From contig JBAYHI010000005.1 in NCBI GenBank assembly GCA_041666205.1, positions 20,386 through 84,385 on the forward strand: a stretch of 64,000 bases of DNA, given 5' to 3'. How positions within the stretch are numbered: the first letter of the stretch is position 1; every line of letters starts with the position of its first letter. Below the pieces are notes generated by a model. The model was not told the origin of the DNA, made no database searches, and worked only from the letters and a program-made list of their open reading frames with translations. Source of the stretch: Patescibacteria group bacterium (GTDB lineage: Bacteria; Patescibacteriota; Patescibacteriia; UBA9934). Of this stretch, positions 15,024 to 24,385 are shown in pieces. A program made the translations under genes and the position numbers.

Positions 15024-16307
15024 ATGTTTTCGGAGTTTCAACCTACCTACGATGAATTTCTCTCCCTCACCAATCTCTCCACCCAACCGATGATTCCCGG
15101 TGGCGCAGGAGATGGCGGGCGATCTATTAAGCGTACCGCGGAATTTTTAAATTATCTTGGCAATCCGGAAAAAAAGATGCGCTTCATTCACATTGCCGGC
15201 ACGAGCGGGAAAGGCACGGTTGCATTTCTCATTCACCAAATGCTGCGCAAAGATCGCCAAACCGTTGGCACCTATATTTCCCCGCACACCACGTCGTATT
15301 TGGAACGCTTCCAAGTGAACGACAAATTAATTGACCCATATGTGCTCGCGCAGTGCATGAAGGATTTGGCCACTGCCTATGAGCGGTATCTTCCAAATCG
15401 TGAACCGCTGACATTTTTTGAGCTCTCCACGTGCTTGGCACTTTACGCGTTTGCAGAACTCAAACTCACCTGGTGCATTTTGGAATCCGGCTGCGGAGGA
15501 CGCTATGATTCCACCAACGTTATTCCCGCGCCCGATATTGCCATCATCACCAACATCGACAAAGACCACATGGAACTCCTCGGGAATTCTCTTGCATCGA
15601 TTGCATCCCATAAAGCCGGAATCATGAAAGCCAAAAGCACGGTCTTTTGCGGAGAAACACGCCCAGCCCTGAAAAAAATCTTCACGCAAGAAGCGATTAA
15701 AAAATCCTGCGCGCTCTTTTTTGTGCCGCCACCGCTTGAACTAAAAATTCAACCGCAATTTGGCTTTCATATGCAACACAATGCAGCACTTGCAGAACGG
15801 GCCGGCAATGAACTCGATCTTTCTCCGCAAAGTATTTCCGCCGTCCTTTCGGATTTCCGCACTCTCCCCTGCCGGTTTGAAATGCTCTCAGAAGATCCGC
15901 TCCTCATTATTGACGGCGCGCATAATCCGGCAAAAATTCACGCCACCGTGGAACGATTGCGTGTGCTTGGGAAACCCATTCATCTCATTTTTGGATGTGG
16001 CGCCAATAAAGATGCATCGCTCATGCTAAAAGAACTCTCAAAAATCACCACCTCCATCACGACCACCCGCTACCGCACCACCTATAAAAAGGCATCGAAT
16101 CCCCTCGATCTTCAAAAATTCGTGCCAACGGCGCAGCGTGGGGGCGCGTATTTGCGCTATGAAGATGCCTGGGAGGCTGTAAAAAATCGCGCGAAAAAAA
16201 CCGATGTGATTGTGATCACAGGCTCTTTGTATTTGGCTGGTGAAATGCGCGGACTTTGGGTCCCCGAGCAAGAGATCCTAGAAAATCAATCCAGCTTTCC
16301 TCTTTGA
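15024..16307 (+). CDS. folC: Mur-ligase family folylpolyglutamate synthase/dihydrofolate synthase
   Basis: IHIAGTSGKGTVAF P-loop, ISPHTTSYLERF, C-terminal Mur ligase domain; 427 aa. Confidence 0.75.
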   Translation: MFSEFQPTYDEFLSLTNLSTQPMIPGGAGDGGRSIKRTAEFLNYLGNPEKKMRFIHIAGTSGKGTVAFLIHQMLRKDRQTVGTYISPHTTSYLERFQVNDKLIDPYVLAQCMKDLATAYERYLPNREPLTFFELSTCLALYAFAELKLTWCILESGCGGRYDSTNVIPAPDIAIITNIDKDHMELLGNSLASIASHKAGIMKAKSTVFCGETRPALKKIFTQEAIKKSCALFFVPPPLELKIQPQFGFHMQHNAALAERAGNELDLSPQSISAVLSDFRTLPCRFEMLSEDPLLIIDGAHNPAKIHATVERLRVLGKPIHLIFGCGANKDASLMLKELSKITTSITTTRYRTTYKKASNPLDLQKFVPTAQRGGAYLRYEDAWEAVKNRAKKTDVIVITGSLYLAGEMRGLWVPEQEILENQSSFPL

Positions 16308-16343
16308 CAAACATTCCAATAACCCGCATCATGGCAGGAATCT

Positions 16344-18629
16344 ATGACACGACTACTCATTGTTGAGTCTCCAACAAAAGCGAAAACGATTACAAAAATT
16401 TTAGGGCCTGCCTATAAGGTTGTTTCCTCCTTCGGGCATATCCGCGATTTGCCGGAACGCAAAATGGGCGTGGATTTCAAAAACGGATTCAAGCCAGAAT
16501 ACGTGGTGCCAACGGATAAAAAAGAAAAAGTAGCAACGCTCAAAGCCGCAGCAGAACATGCCACCGAAATCTACCTCGCAACCGACGCCGACCGCGAAGG
16601 AGAAGCGATTGCCTGGCATATTGCGGAAATTTTGCATTTGAAGCCCGAAGAGATTCACCGTATTGCCTTCCACGAAATCACCAAACACGCTATTGAAGAA
16701 GCTCTGAAGCATCCGGGGAAACTCGAGATGGATTTAGTGGATGCTCAGCAAACAAGGCGCGTGCTTGATCGCATTGTGGGCTATGAGCTCTCGCCGTTTT
16801 TGTGGAAAAAGATTCGTCGCGGACTATCTGCTGGGCGTGTGCAGTCCGTTGCCGTACGTTTAATTGTGGAACGCGAACGAGAACGTTTGGCATTCAATCA
16901 AGAAGAATACTGGTCGATCGATGGCATGTTCTCAAAAGAAGGAAAAGAATTTGACGCGCACCTCGTCGAGCATGCTGGCAAAAAAATCGATAAACTGGAT
17001 ATCAAAGATGCTGCCACGGCCAATGCCATTGTGGAAAAACTCAAGGCCTCTTCGTTTGCAGTGAAAAGCGTTGAAATGAAGGAGATGCAAAAAAAGCCAC
17101 CAACGCCACTTACCACCTCGAGCCTTCAGCAAGAATCCAACCATCGATTGCACTACACGGCAAAGCAAACCATGATGCTTGCGCAAAAACTCTATGAAAC
17201 CGGTCGCATCACCTATATGCGAACCGACTCCTTGAATTTGGCCGAAAAATTCTTGGGCGAAGCGCAGGCCTTCCTTTCGAGCGCGTATGGCCCGACGTAT
17301 GCAAAAGGAGCTGTTGCCTACAAAACAAAATCCAAAGGCGCGCAAGAAGCCCACGAAGCCATTCGCCCAACCGATGCGAGCGCAACACCAGAGAGCTTAA
17401 AAGGCGAGCTCGAAGCCGATCAGTGGAAACTCTATGATTTGGTGTGGCGACGCACGCTTGCAAGCCAAATGCCATCTGCTATTTTGGAAAAAATCACGGT
17501 TGATATGGCCGGGGGCGACGGAGTGATGCGCGCCAATGGGTCGAGCATCAAGTTTGATGGATTCATGAAAATCTATCGTGGTGCCAAGGAAACATTCCTT
17601 CCGCTCATGAAAAAAGGCGATGACGTTGAGGTCAAGGAAATTATTCCAAATCAACATTTCACCGAACCACCAGCTCGCTATTCTGATGCAACGCTCGTTA
17701 AAACCCTGGAAGAATTCGAAATCGGTCGCCCATCCACCTATGCGCCGACCATTTCAACGATTATTGATCGCGGATATATTGAACGCGACGAACATCAAAA
17801 ACTCTACCCAACCGATACAGCCATGACTGTAACGGATTTGCTCGTGAAACATTTCCCCGACATTGTGGACATGGACTTCACGGCCAATATGGAAAAAACT
17901 CTCGACAAAATCGCCGAAGGAAAAGAAGAAAGTGCACCAGCGCTTGAGAAATTCTATACGCCGTTCCACAAAAATTTGCTTGAAAAAACAAAAGAAGTTA
18001 CGCATGAAGAAGTGATGCCGACCAAAGAGTTGGGTGTGGATCCAAAAACCGGCCTCACGATTTTCTTGCGTACAGGACGGTTTGGCCCGTATTTGCAACT
18101 TGGCGAATGGAGCGAGGAAGATCGCAAAGCAAAACTCAATAAACCAAAAAGTGTTTCGATTCCAAAAACCATTTCACCTGAAGCAGTCACCCTCGATCAA
18201 GCCACCGCGCTCTTGAGCCTGCCACGCGAGGTTGGCGTCTATGAAGGCAAACCCATCACCGTGCAATATGGGCCGTATGGGGCATACTTAAAATCCGCCA
18301 AAATCAACGCAACCTTGCCAGAGCCATTTGACCCGCTTACGATTTCAAACGAAGATGCAGAACGCATTTTTGCCGAAGCCGCAAAACTCAAAAAAGCCGG
18401 TGGATCTGGTTCGATTATCAAATCATTTGAGAAAAACGAAAAAACCGGCAAAGAAATCACCGTGAAAACCGGTAAGTTCGGGCCCTATGTGACGGACGGG
18501 AAAATCAATGCATCCGTGCCTGCAGGAACTGATCCCGCAACCATTACCGAAGAGGAAGCTTTAACGCTAATCAAAGAGAAAAAACCGTTCAGAAAATTCA
18601 AAAAGAGCACCAAGAAAACCGAGGAATAG
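16344..18629 (+). CDS. topA: DNA topoisomerase I
   Basis: TOPRIM N-terminus MTRLLIVESPTKAKTITKILG...VVSSFGHIRDLP; active-site Tyr region; C-terminal repeats; 761 aa. Confidence 0.9.
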   Translation: MTRLLIVESPTKAKTITKILGPAYKVVSSFGHIRDLPERKMGVDFKNGFKPEYVVPTDKKEKVATLKAAAEHATEIYLATDADREGEAIAWHIAEILHLKPEEIHRIAFHEITKHAIEEALKHPGKLEMDLVDAQQTRRVLDRIVGYELSPFLWKKIRRGLSAGRVQSVAVRLIVERERERLAFNQEEYWSIDGMFSKEGKEFDAHLVEHAGKKIDKLDIKDAATANAIVEKLKASSFAVKSVEMKEMQKKPPTPLTTSSLQQESNHRLHYTAKQTMMLAQKLYETGRITYMRTDSLNLAEKFLGEAQAFLSSAYGPTYAKGAVAYKTKSKGAQEAHEAIRPTDASATPESLKGELEADQWKLYDLVWRRTLASQMPSAILEKITVDMAGGDGVMRANGSSIKFDGFMKIYRGAKETFLPLMKKGDDVEVKEIIPNQHFTEPPARYSDATLVKTLEEFEIGRPSTYAPTISTIIDRGYIERDEHQKLYPTDTAMTVTDLLVKHFPDIVDMDFTANMEKTLDKIAEGKEESAPALEKFYTPFHKNLLEKTKEVTHEEVMPTKELGVDPKTGLTIFLRTGRFGPYLQLGEWSEEDRKAKLNKPKSVSIPKTISPEAVTLDQATALLSLPREVGVYEGKPITVQYGPYGAYLKSAKINATLPEPFDPLTISNEDAERIFAEAAKLKKAGGSGSIIKSFEKNEKTGKEITVKTGKFGPYVTDGKINASVPAGTDPATITEEEALTLIKEKKPFRKFKKSTKKTEE

Positions 18630-18632
18630 GGC

Positions 18633-20162
18633 TTGATTTTTCCGATTTGGCGGGGTACGCTCATACGTATGACCATCGCTCCACGCGTTCATACGGATTT
18701 TTCGATCCTCCAGAGCAAACTGAAACCTGAACGTTATACCCAAGACGAAATCAGTCTTATTGAGCGTGCCTATAAATTTGCGGAAAAAGCCCATGAGGGC
18801 CAAATGCGAAATACCGGAAATACCTACTTCTCGCATGTCTTTGCAACTGCCATCACGTTGGCGGAAATGCAGCTTCCCCACGAAGTCATTATTGCCGGAC
18901 TCTTGCACGACGTCATTGAAGACGCCAATGTGCCAGCAGAAACCCTTGCCGCGGAATTCGGGGAAGACGTTGCCGACATGGTGAGCGCAGTCACAAAGCT
19001 CGGGCACCTCAAATATCGCGGACTCGATCGCTACGTGGAAAATCTGCGTAAAATGTTTATTTCCATGGCAAAAGACGTGCGCGTAATTTTCATTAAATTC
19101 GCCGACCGTCTGCACAATATGGAAACGCTCTATGTGGTCCCTGAGCATAAGCGCAAACGCATTGCCAAAGAAGTGATGGAAATTTACGCGCCCATTGCCA
19201 ATCGGTTGGGCATGGGTGAATTTCGCGGGCAATTTGAAGATTATAGCTTCAAATATTTGGAGCCAAAAGAATATAATTGGACCAAACATTTGCTCGAACA
19301 ACGCGTAAAGAAATTCGGACCTTCCATGAATAAGGCCATGAAAGATGTGGAGGCAGAACTCTTGGTGCATAAAATTACGCCCGTCAATATTCACGGACGA
19401 ATTAAATATTGCTATAGCCTCTACAATAAGCTTCAAAAATACGGAAACGATATCTCCAAAGTCTACGATATCGTGGCACTCCGCATTATTGTCGATGATG
19501 TTTCGGATTGTTATGCAGCCCTCGGGGTTTTGCACAGTCTCTATCGCCCACTCCCCGGACGCATCAAAGACTACATTGCTCAACCAAAACCCAATGGCTA
19601 TAAATCGCTTCACACCTGCGTCTTCTCTGACGACGGCGCGATTTTGGAGTTTCAAATTCGTACGCAAGAAATGCATGAAGAAGCCGAATACGGTATTGCC
19701 GCGCATTGGCGCTATAAAGAAACCGGAAATAGCGAACGTGAACGTCGCGTAAAGTGGATGGAAGAATTAGCCGAGATTCAAAAAGAGTTGAAGCAAACGG
19801 ATTTCATGCAACGCCTCGATGAAATGAAACTCGACATGTTTCAAGACCGCATTTTCGTGTTCACGCCAAATGGCGATGTGTTTGATCTTCCAAGCGGGTC
19901 CACACCGATTGATTTTGCATACATGATCCACACCGACATCGGCGATAAGGCCGTGAGCGCAAAAATCAATCACGAAATCGCAAACCTGAATTCCGAATTG
20001 CGATCTGGGGATATGTGCGAAATCACAACCGATCCACACCGCAAAGGACCAAATGCGGATTGGCTGAAATTTGTAAAAACCCAACATGCGCGCGAAAAAA
20101 TTCGCGATGCAGTAAAACGCAATAAAACCTCCCTCATGAGCCGACTCATGAAGCGCGGCTAA
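18633..20162 (+). CDS. rel: bifunctional (p)ppGpp synthetase/hydrolase of RelA/SpoT family, short form (HD + synthetase + TGS, no ACT domain)
   Basis: HD domain HEGQMRNTGNTYFSHV...LLHDVIED; synthetase RIKYCYSLYNKLQKYG...DIVALRIIV; TGS IFVFTPNGDVFDLPSGSTPIDFAY. Ends after TGS at 509 aa. Confidence 0.8.
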   Translation: MIFPIWRGTLIRMTIAPRVHTDFSILQSKLKPERYTQDEISLIERAYKFAEKAHEGQMRNTGNTYFSHVFATAITLAEMQLPHEVIIAGLLHDVIEDANVPAETLAAEFGEDVADMVSAVTKLGHLKYRGLDRYVENLRKMFISMAKDVRVIFIKFADRLHNMETLYVVPEHKRKRIAKEVMEIYAPIANRLGMGEFRGQFEDYSFKYLEPKEYNWTKHLLEQRVKKFGPSMNKAMKDVEAELLVHKITPVNIHGRIKYCYSLYNKLQKYGNDISKVYDIVALRIIVDDVSDCYAALGVLHSLYRPLPGRIKDYIAQPKPNGYKSLHTCVFSDDGAILEFQIRTQEMHEEAEYGIAAHWRYKETGNSERERRVKWMEELAEIQKELKQTDFMQRLDEMKLDMFQDRIFVFTPNGDVFDLPSGSTPIDFAYMIHTDIGDKAVSAKINHEIANLNSELRSGDMCEITTDPHRKGPNADWLKFVKTQHAREKIRDAVKRNKTSLMSRLMKRG

Positions 20163-21016
20163 GCGGTCAGCCGATTCATGAGGGTTTTGAATTCTTCTTT
20201 GGAATAAAAGTGGATGGAGATTTTTCCTGACGTCCCCTGCATACTGATTTCAACTTTGGTCCCCAAGGCTTCCCGCAATGCCGCTTCGAGCCCGGCGATA
20301 TTTGGATCTTCCACGCGTCGGCGTGGATTATTTGTTTGGGTTTTTACTTCTGCAGAACGAACCGTCACCCCGCCGCTCAAGATTTGTTCAAATAGGGCTT
20401 GGCGACGCGTGGGATCGGTTTCTGAAAGGAGGGTTCGCGCATGACTACGAGAAATCTTTTTCTGCACGAGTGCTTCAAGGATATGTGGCTCGAGTTCGAG
20501 CAAACGAATCGTATTGGTAATGGCTGGACGACTCTTGCCCATTTTTTGTGCAATCTCGTCGTGCGTTAAGGAAAATAAATCAATGAGCGATTGATAAGCG
20601 CGCGCTTCTTCCACCGCATCCAAATCTTGACGTTGGATGTTTTCAATCAGCGCAAGCTCAAGTTTTTGTTGATCGGTTGCATTACGCACAATCACGGGCA
20701 CGGTTGGCGATGCAATGCTTTTTGCCGCACGCAATCGACGTTCCCCAGCAATCAGCTCATAGGTGCCATCTGCGCGCTGCGACACCACAAGCGGCTGTAG
20801 AATGCCGTGCTCTTTAATAGACGCAGCTAAATCAGCCAATTCCTCAGGGAGGAAGGTACGTCGTGGCTGATGAGGATTTTCGACAATTGCATCAGGGGAG
20901 ATTTCCAGAATTGCTTGCTGAACGGTTTGCGAAGCTTCTGTTCCTGGTTCTGGAGCGATTTTTTGCGGGATGAGCGCGCCCAGGCCTCGGCCCAATCCTC
21001 CTTGTGTTTTCATCAT
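20159..21016 (-). CDS. parB: chromosome partitioning protein ParB/Spo0J
   Basis: GLGRGLGALI box, ParB N-terminal ...LQPLVVSQRADGTYELIAGERRLRAAK, HTH. Confidence 0.85.
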   Translation of the reverse strand: MMKTQGGLGRGLGALIPQKIAPEPGTEASQTVQQAILEISPDAIVENPHQPRRTFLPEELADLAASIKEHGILQPLVVSQRADGTYELIAGERRLRAAKSIASPTVPVIVRNATDQQKLELALIENIQRQDLDAVEEARAYQSLIDLFSLTHDEIAQKMGKSRPAITNTIRLLELEPHILEALVQKKISRSHARTLLSETDPTRRQALFEQILSGGVTVRSAEVKTQTNNPRRRVEDPNIAGLEAALREALGTKVEISMQGTSGKISIHFYSKEEFKTLMNRLTA

Positions 21017-21786
21017 ACGTTTTTCTGGTCTTCACGCGTTAAGAACTCGCGAGCCAATCGCTCGTATGCTCTGCACGCTTTTGATAATGGATCGTAATGT
21101 AAAATCGATTTTCCATAGCTTGGTGCTTCAGCCAAGCGGATACTTCGTGGAATCACCGAGCGGAAAATCTTCCCGGGAAAATAGCGATACAATTCTTCAA
21201 GAACTTGATTTGAAAGTTTTGTGCGCGCGTCAAACATGGTAATAACCGCTCCCATGATTTCAAGCTCGGGCTTAATGGATTGTTTCACCATCTCGATGGT
21301 TTGCATGAGCTGCCCTAAGCCCTCAAGCGCAAAATATTCTGCTTGCACTGGGATCAAAATGCTGTCGGCTGCAACGAGTCCATTGATGGTGAGGAGCCCA
21401 AGTGAAGGTGGATTATCGATGAGAATGTAGTCGTAATTATTGCGAACCTCCAAAAGTGCGGTATAGAGTTTGCGTTCACGGCTGAGTTCGTTTACAAGTT
21501 CAACCGAAGCACCGGCAAGGTTTGGATTACCAGGCAAAATGTGAAGGCGCTCATGGTCGGATTGCACAACGAGATCGCGAGCAGCTCGCAACCCCGACAT
21601 CGCCTCATAGGTTCCTTTAGAATTCATGACATCAATCCCCAATCCGCTTGAGGCATTCCCTTGCGGATCCAAATCAACCAAAAGCACGTGTTTTCCAAGA
21701 TGCGCCAAATATGCCGCCAAATTGACGGCCGTTGTGGTTTTCCCCACCCCACCCTTTTGATTCACGATCGAGACAATATGTGCCAT
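21013..21786 (-). CDS. parA: chromosome partitioning ATPase ParA/Soj
   Basis: Deviant Walker A VNQKGGVGKTTTAVNLAAYLA, DLDPQGN. Start set at MAHIVSIV. Confidence 0.85.
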   Translation of the reverse strand: MAHIVSIVNQKGGVGKTTTAVNLAAYLAHLGKHVLLVDLDPQGNASSGLGIDVMNSKGTYEAMSGLRAARDLVVQSDHERLHILPGNPNLAGASVELVNELSRERKLYTALLEVRNNYDYILIDNPPSLGLLTINGLVAADSILIPVQAEYFALEGLGQLMQTIEMVKQSIKPELEIMGAVITMFDARTKLSNQVLEELYRYFPGKIFRSVIPRSIRLAEAPSYGKSILHYDPLSKACRAYERLAREFLTREDQKNV

Positions 21787-21865
21787 ACGGAATGCATGCA
21801 GTATATCAGATGAGCGCCTTGAACCCAAAGAAGTTTTCAACAAAAAAGCGCCTCGCCGTTAAGTT

Positions 21866-22135
21866 TTATAGGCATTGGTAACCCAGTCGCTTCAATTCAT
21901 TCTTATTCTGTTTCTTGAACTCCCTGTGGCCTCCGCCACTTTTCAAATAGACTTCTCGAGCTTTTGCGTCCTGTCCATTGCAATAGCACTCATAATAGAT
22001 GAGCTGTAATGGTCTCCGGTGTTTTGTAGAAATCACCCTCCCTTTTTGATGCTCGTCGATACGCCGTTTCAAATCCTCAGAAAACCCAATATATAGTTTG
22101 TGATCGGCGCAAAATAAGACGTAAACATAAAACAT
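21866..22135 (-). CDS. small GIY-YIG nuclease superfamily protein (YhbQ/UPF0213-like), second copy
   Basis: MFYVYVLFCADHKLYIGFSEDLKRRIDEHQKG... GIY/YIG-type motifs; 89 aa; paralogous in design to 8684-8929. Confidence 0.6.
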   Translation of the reverse strand: MFYVYVLFCADHKLYIGFSEDLKRRIDEHQKGRVISTKHRRPLQLIYYECYCNGQDAKAREVYLKSGGGHREFKKQNKNELKRLGYQCL

Positions 22136-22234
22136 ATTGAAATCATCCTACCGTATAGCGACGTCTGACGTCGCCAATGCATGTAGATAACCAATGGACA
22201 GTCTATTCTAATGTCCCGTCAGACGGGACTAGCC

Positions 22235-22265
22235 CTGTCTATACAAAAACCCACCGATGTTTTAT
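22235..22265 (-). terminator. intrinsic terminator after initiator tRNA (hairpin ccccatcgat-aaaac-atcggtggg + TTTTT on minus strand)
   Basis: 9-bp stem with one G.U pair followed by T5. Confidence 0.45.
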
Positions 22266-22313
22266 CGATGGGGTTTTGTGGCTCCCTGAACGGGTGTGGC
22301 CCGTTCGACGGGC

Positions 22314-22390
<77 letters not shown>

Positions 22391-22430
22391 GGCACACAAT
22401 ACGAAAAATTAGCACTTCTGTCAAGGTAAG

Positions 22431-23681
22431 CTATTCAAATCGAAGTGCCTCGATTGGATCAAGCCGTGCAGCTCGACGTGCGGGATAGAGGCCAAAAACG
22501 ATTCCAACCGTTGTGGAAACAAGCACTCCAAGCACCATTGCGTCGAGTGGCACTGCCGCGCTCCATCCATCTACGAATTTACCGACAATATATCCAATAA
22601 GCAATGAAAATCCAACGCCCGAGATAATCCCGATAATCCCGCCAAACATGGTGAGAAGCACAGATTCGAGCAAAAATTGCTGCAAAATTTCTTTATAGGT
22701 GGCACCAATTGCTTTGCGAAGTCCAATCTCTTTCGTGCGTTCCGTAACGGATACAAGCATGATATTCATGATGCCGATGCCACCAACCACAAGAGAAATC
22801 GCGGCAATCGAAGCAAGTAAAATCGTGAGCACTCCCCCAACAATGCCTACAATGGCAACCGCATCACTTTGCGAAGAAACCGCAAAATCGTCAAGCGCCG
22901 GGTCAGCGGTTGGATTATCAATATTGTGACTGTCGCGCATCACCCACTGAGCCTCTTCTTTCGTGATATCAATATCGCCTGACGCTTTGGCTGCAATATA
23001 GGTCACATTGTCGAGACCCAAAATGTCTCGTTGCGCGGTGGTGATTGGAACAACAATTTGTTCATCTTGATTTTGAAAAAATCGCGTACCAAGTTCTGGG
23101 AATACTCCAATTACTTTCAGGCTGACTTTTTTGAGTTTAACGGTCTGACCAATGGGGTCTTGGTCTCCGAATAAATCCTCGGCAACGGTTTTTCCAAGCA
23201 CAACCACTTTGGCATACGACTGAATATCTGTTTGGTCCAAAAAGCGACCTGAAGCAATTTCCGCTGGGAATACTTCCAAATAATCCTCATTCACTCCAAC
23301 CACCTGCACAAATTTGCTCGTTTCCTCGCGTGTAATTGGCGTGGACGATTGAATCACACCTGTGACTGCAGAAAAATATCCGGACTTATTGAGAGCATCG
23401 ATGTCGTCGAGCGTTAGCGTTTGCTCAATATACGGGCTTGGAGGCCCAGACATGGGATCGCCCGAACTTGCCTCAACGAATACCAAATCCGATCCGAGGT
23501 TTGCCACTTGATTCAAAATGAGTCCTTCAGACGATCGGCCAATGGAGAGCATCATCATGACCGCGGCAATCCCAATCACGATCCCTAAAATCGTCAAAAT
23601 CGAGCGCGAACGATTGCGCATGAGCGAGGTAACCGAGGTTTTCAGAAGATCGGAAAGAATCATATTATTTATAGTATCCAC
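22431..23681 (-). CDS. ABC transporter permease, MacB/FtsX-like
   Basis: N-terminal TM + large periplasmic MacB_PCD-like domain + C-terminal FtsX 3-TM bundle (…GIMNIMLVSVTERTKEIGLRKAIGA…). Confidence 0.8.
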   Translation of the reverse strand: MDTINNMILSDLLKTSVTSLMRNRSRSILTILGIVIGIAAVMMMLSIGRSSEGLILNQVANLGSDLVFVEASSGDPMSGPPSPYIEQTLTLDDIDALNKSGYFSAVTGVIQSSTPITREETSKFVQVVGVNEDYLEVFPAEIASGRFLDQTDIQSYAKVVVLGKTVAEDLFGDQDPIGQTVKLKKVSLKVIGVFPELGTRFFQNQDEQIVVPITTAQRDILGLDNVTYIAAKASGDIDITKEEAQWVMRDSHNIDNPTADPALDDFAVSSQSDAVAIVGIVGGVLTILLASIAAISLVVGGIGIMNIMLVSVTERTKEIGLRKAIGATYKEILQQFLLESVLLTMFGGIIGIISGVGFSLLIGYIVGKFVDGWSAAVPLDAMVLGVLVSTTVGIVFGLYPARRAARLDPIEALRFE

Positions 23682-24384
23682 CCGTGCGTTTTACATGGTC
23701 ACGGCTGTCGGATTCAATTTTGCCATCACGGATGCGCACAATGCGATCCGCGAATTCCGCGGCTTCAAGTTCGTGAGTAACCATCACAATGGTGGTTCCA
23801 AATTTCTCGTGCAAATCCTGGAAAATCCCAAGAACAGCTTCCCCTGATTTCGTATCGAGGTTTCCAGTTGGCTCATCGGCGAAAATAACCGACGGCTTAT
23901 TCACGAGAGCGCGAGCAATGGCAACGCGTTGTTTTTCTCCGCCAGAAATAGTGTTGGATAAATAATGTGCTCGATGATCGATCCCAACTGAGCGGAGTGC
24001 TTCCATGGCTCGTTCTTCTCGTTCCGCGGGCGGAATCTTCGCATACATCATTGGAAGCATCACGTTCTCAATCACCGTGGATTTTGCGAGCAGGTTGAAT
24101 GCTTGAAACACAAACCCCACCTCGCGTGATCGCTCACCTGCCAATTCATCGTCGGTCATCTTTTGAACGTCTTTCCCATTGAATAGGTAGACTCCGTCTG
24201 TAATGCGATCCAAAAAGCCCAAAATATGCATGAGCGTGGATTTTCCCGATCCAGATGGTCCCATGAGCGCAATGAATTCGCCTTTTTCAACCGAAAGATC
24301 AATCCCGCGAAGGACTGGTGTTTCCACCTCACCAGATTTATACGTTTTGGTGAGATTTTTCAGAGTGAACAAGGGCTCTGCCAT
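23665..24384 (-). CDS. ABC transporter ATP-binding protein (MacB/LolD-type)
   Basis: Walker A GPSGSGKST, signature LSGGEKQRVAIARAL, Walker B VIFADEPTGNLD. Start set at MAEPLFTLKNL. Confidence 0.85.
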   Translation of the reverse strand: MAEPLFTLKNLTKTYKSGEVETPVLRGIDLSVEKGEFIALMGPSGSGKSTLMHILGFLDRITDGVYLFNGKDVQKMTDDELAGERSREVGFVFQAFNLLAKSTVIENVMLPMMYAKIPPAEREERAMEALRSVGIDHRAHYLSNTISGGEKQRVAIARALVNKPSVIFADEPTGNLDTKSGEAVLGIFQDLHEKFGTTIVMVTHELEAAEFADRIVRIRDGKIESDSRDHVKRTGGYYK

Positions 24385-24385
24385 A

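Noticed and set aside
18567-19706. 379-aa minus-strand ORF
   Set aside because: Entirely antisense to the well-supported rel (HD/synthetase) gene; no motifs.
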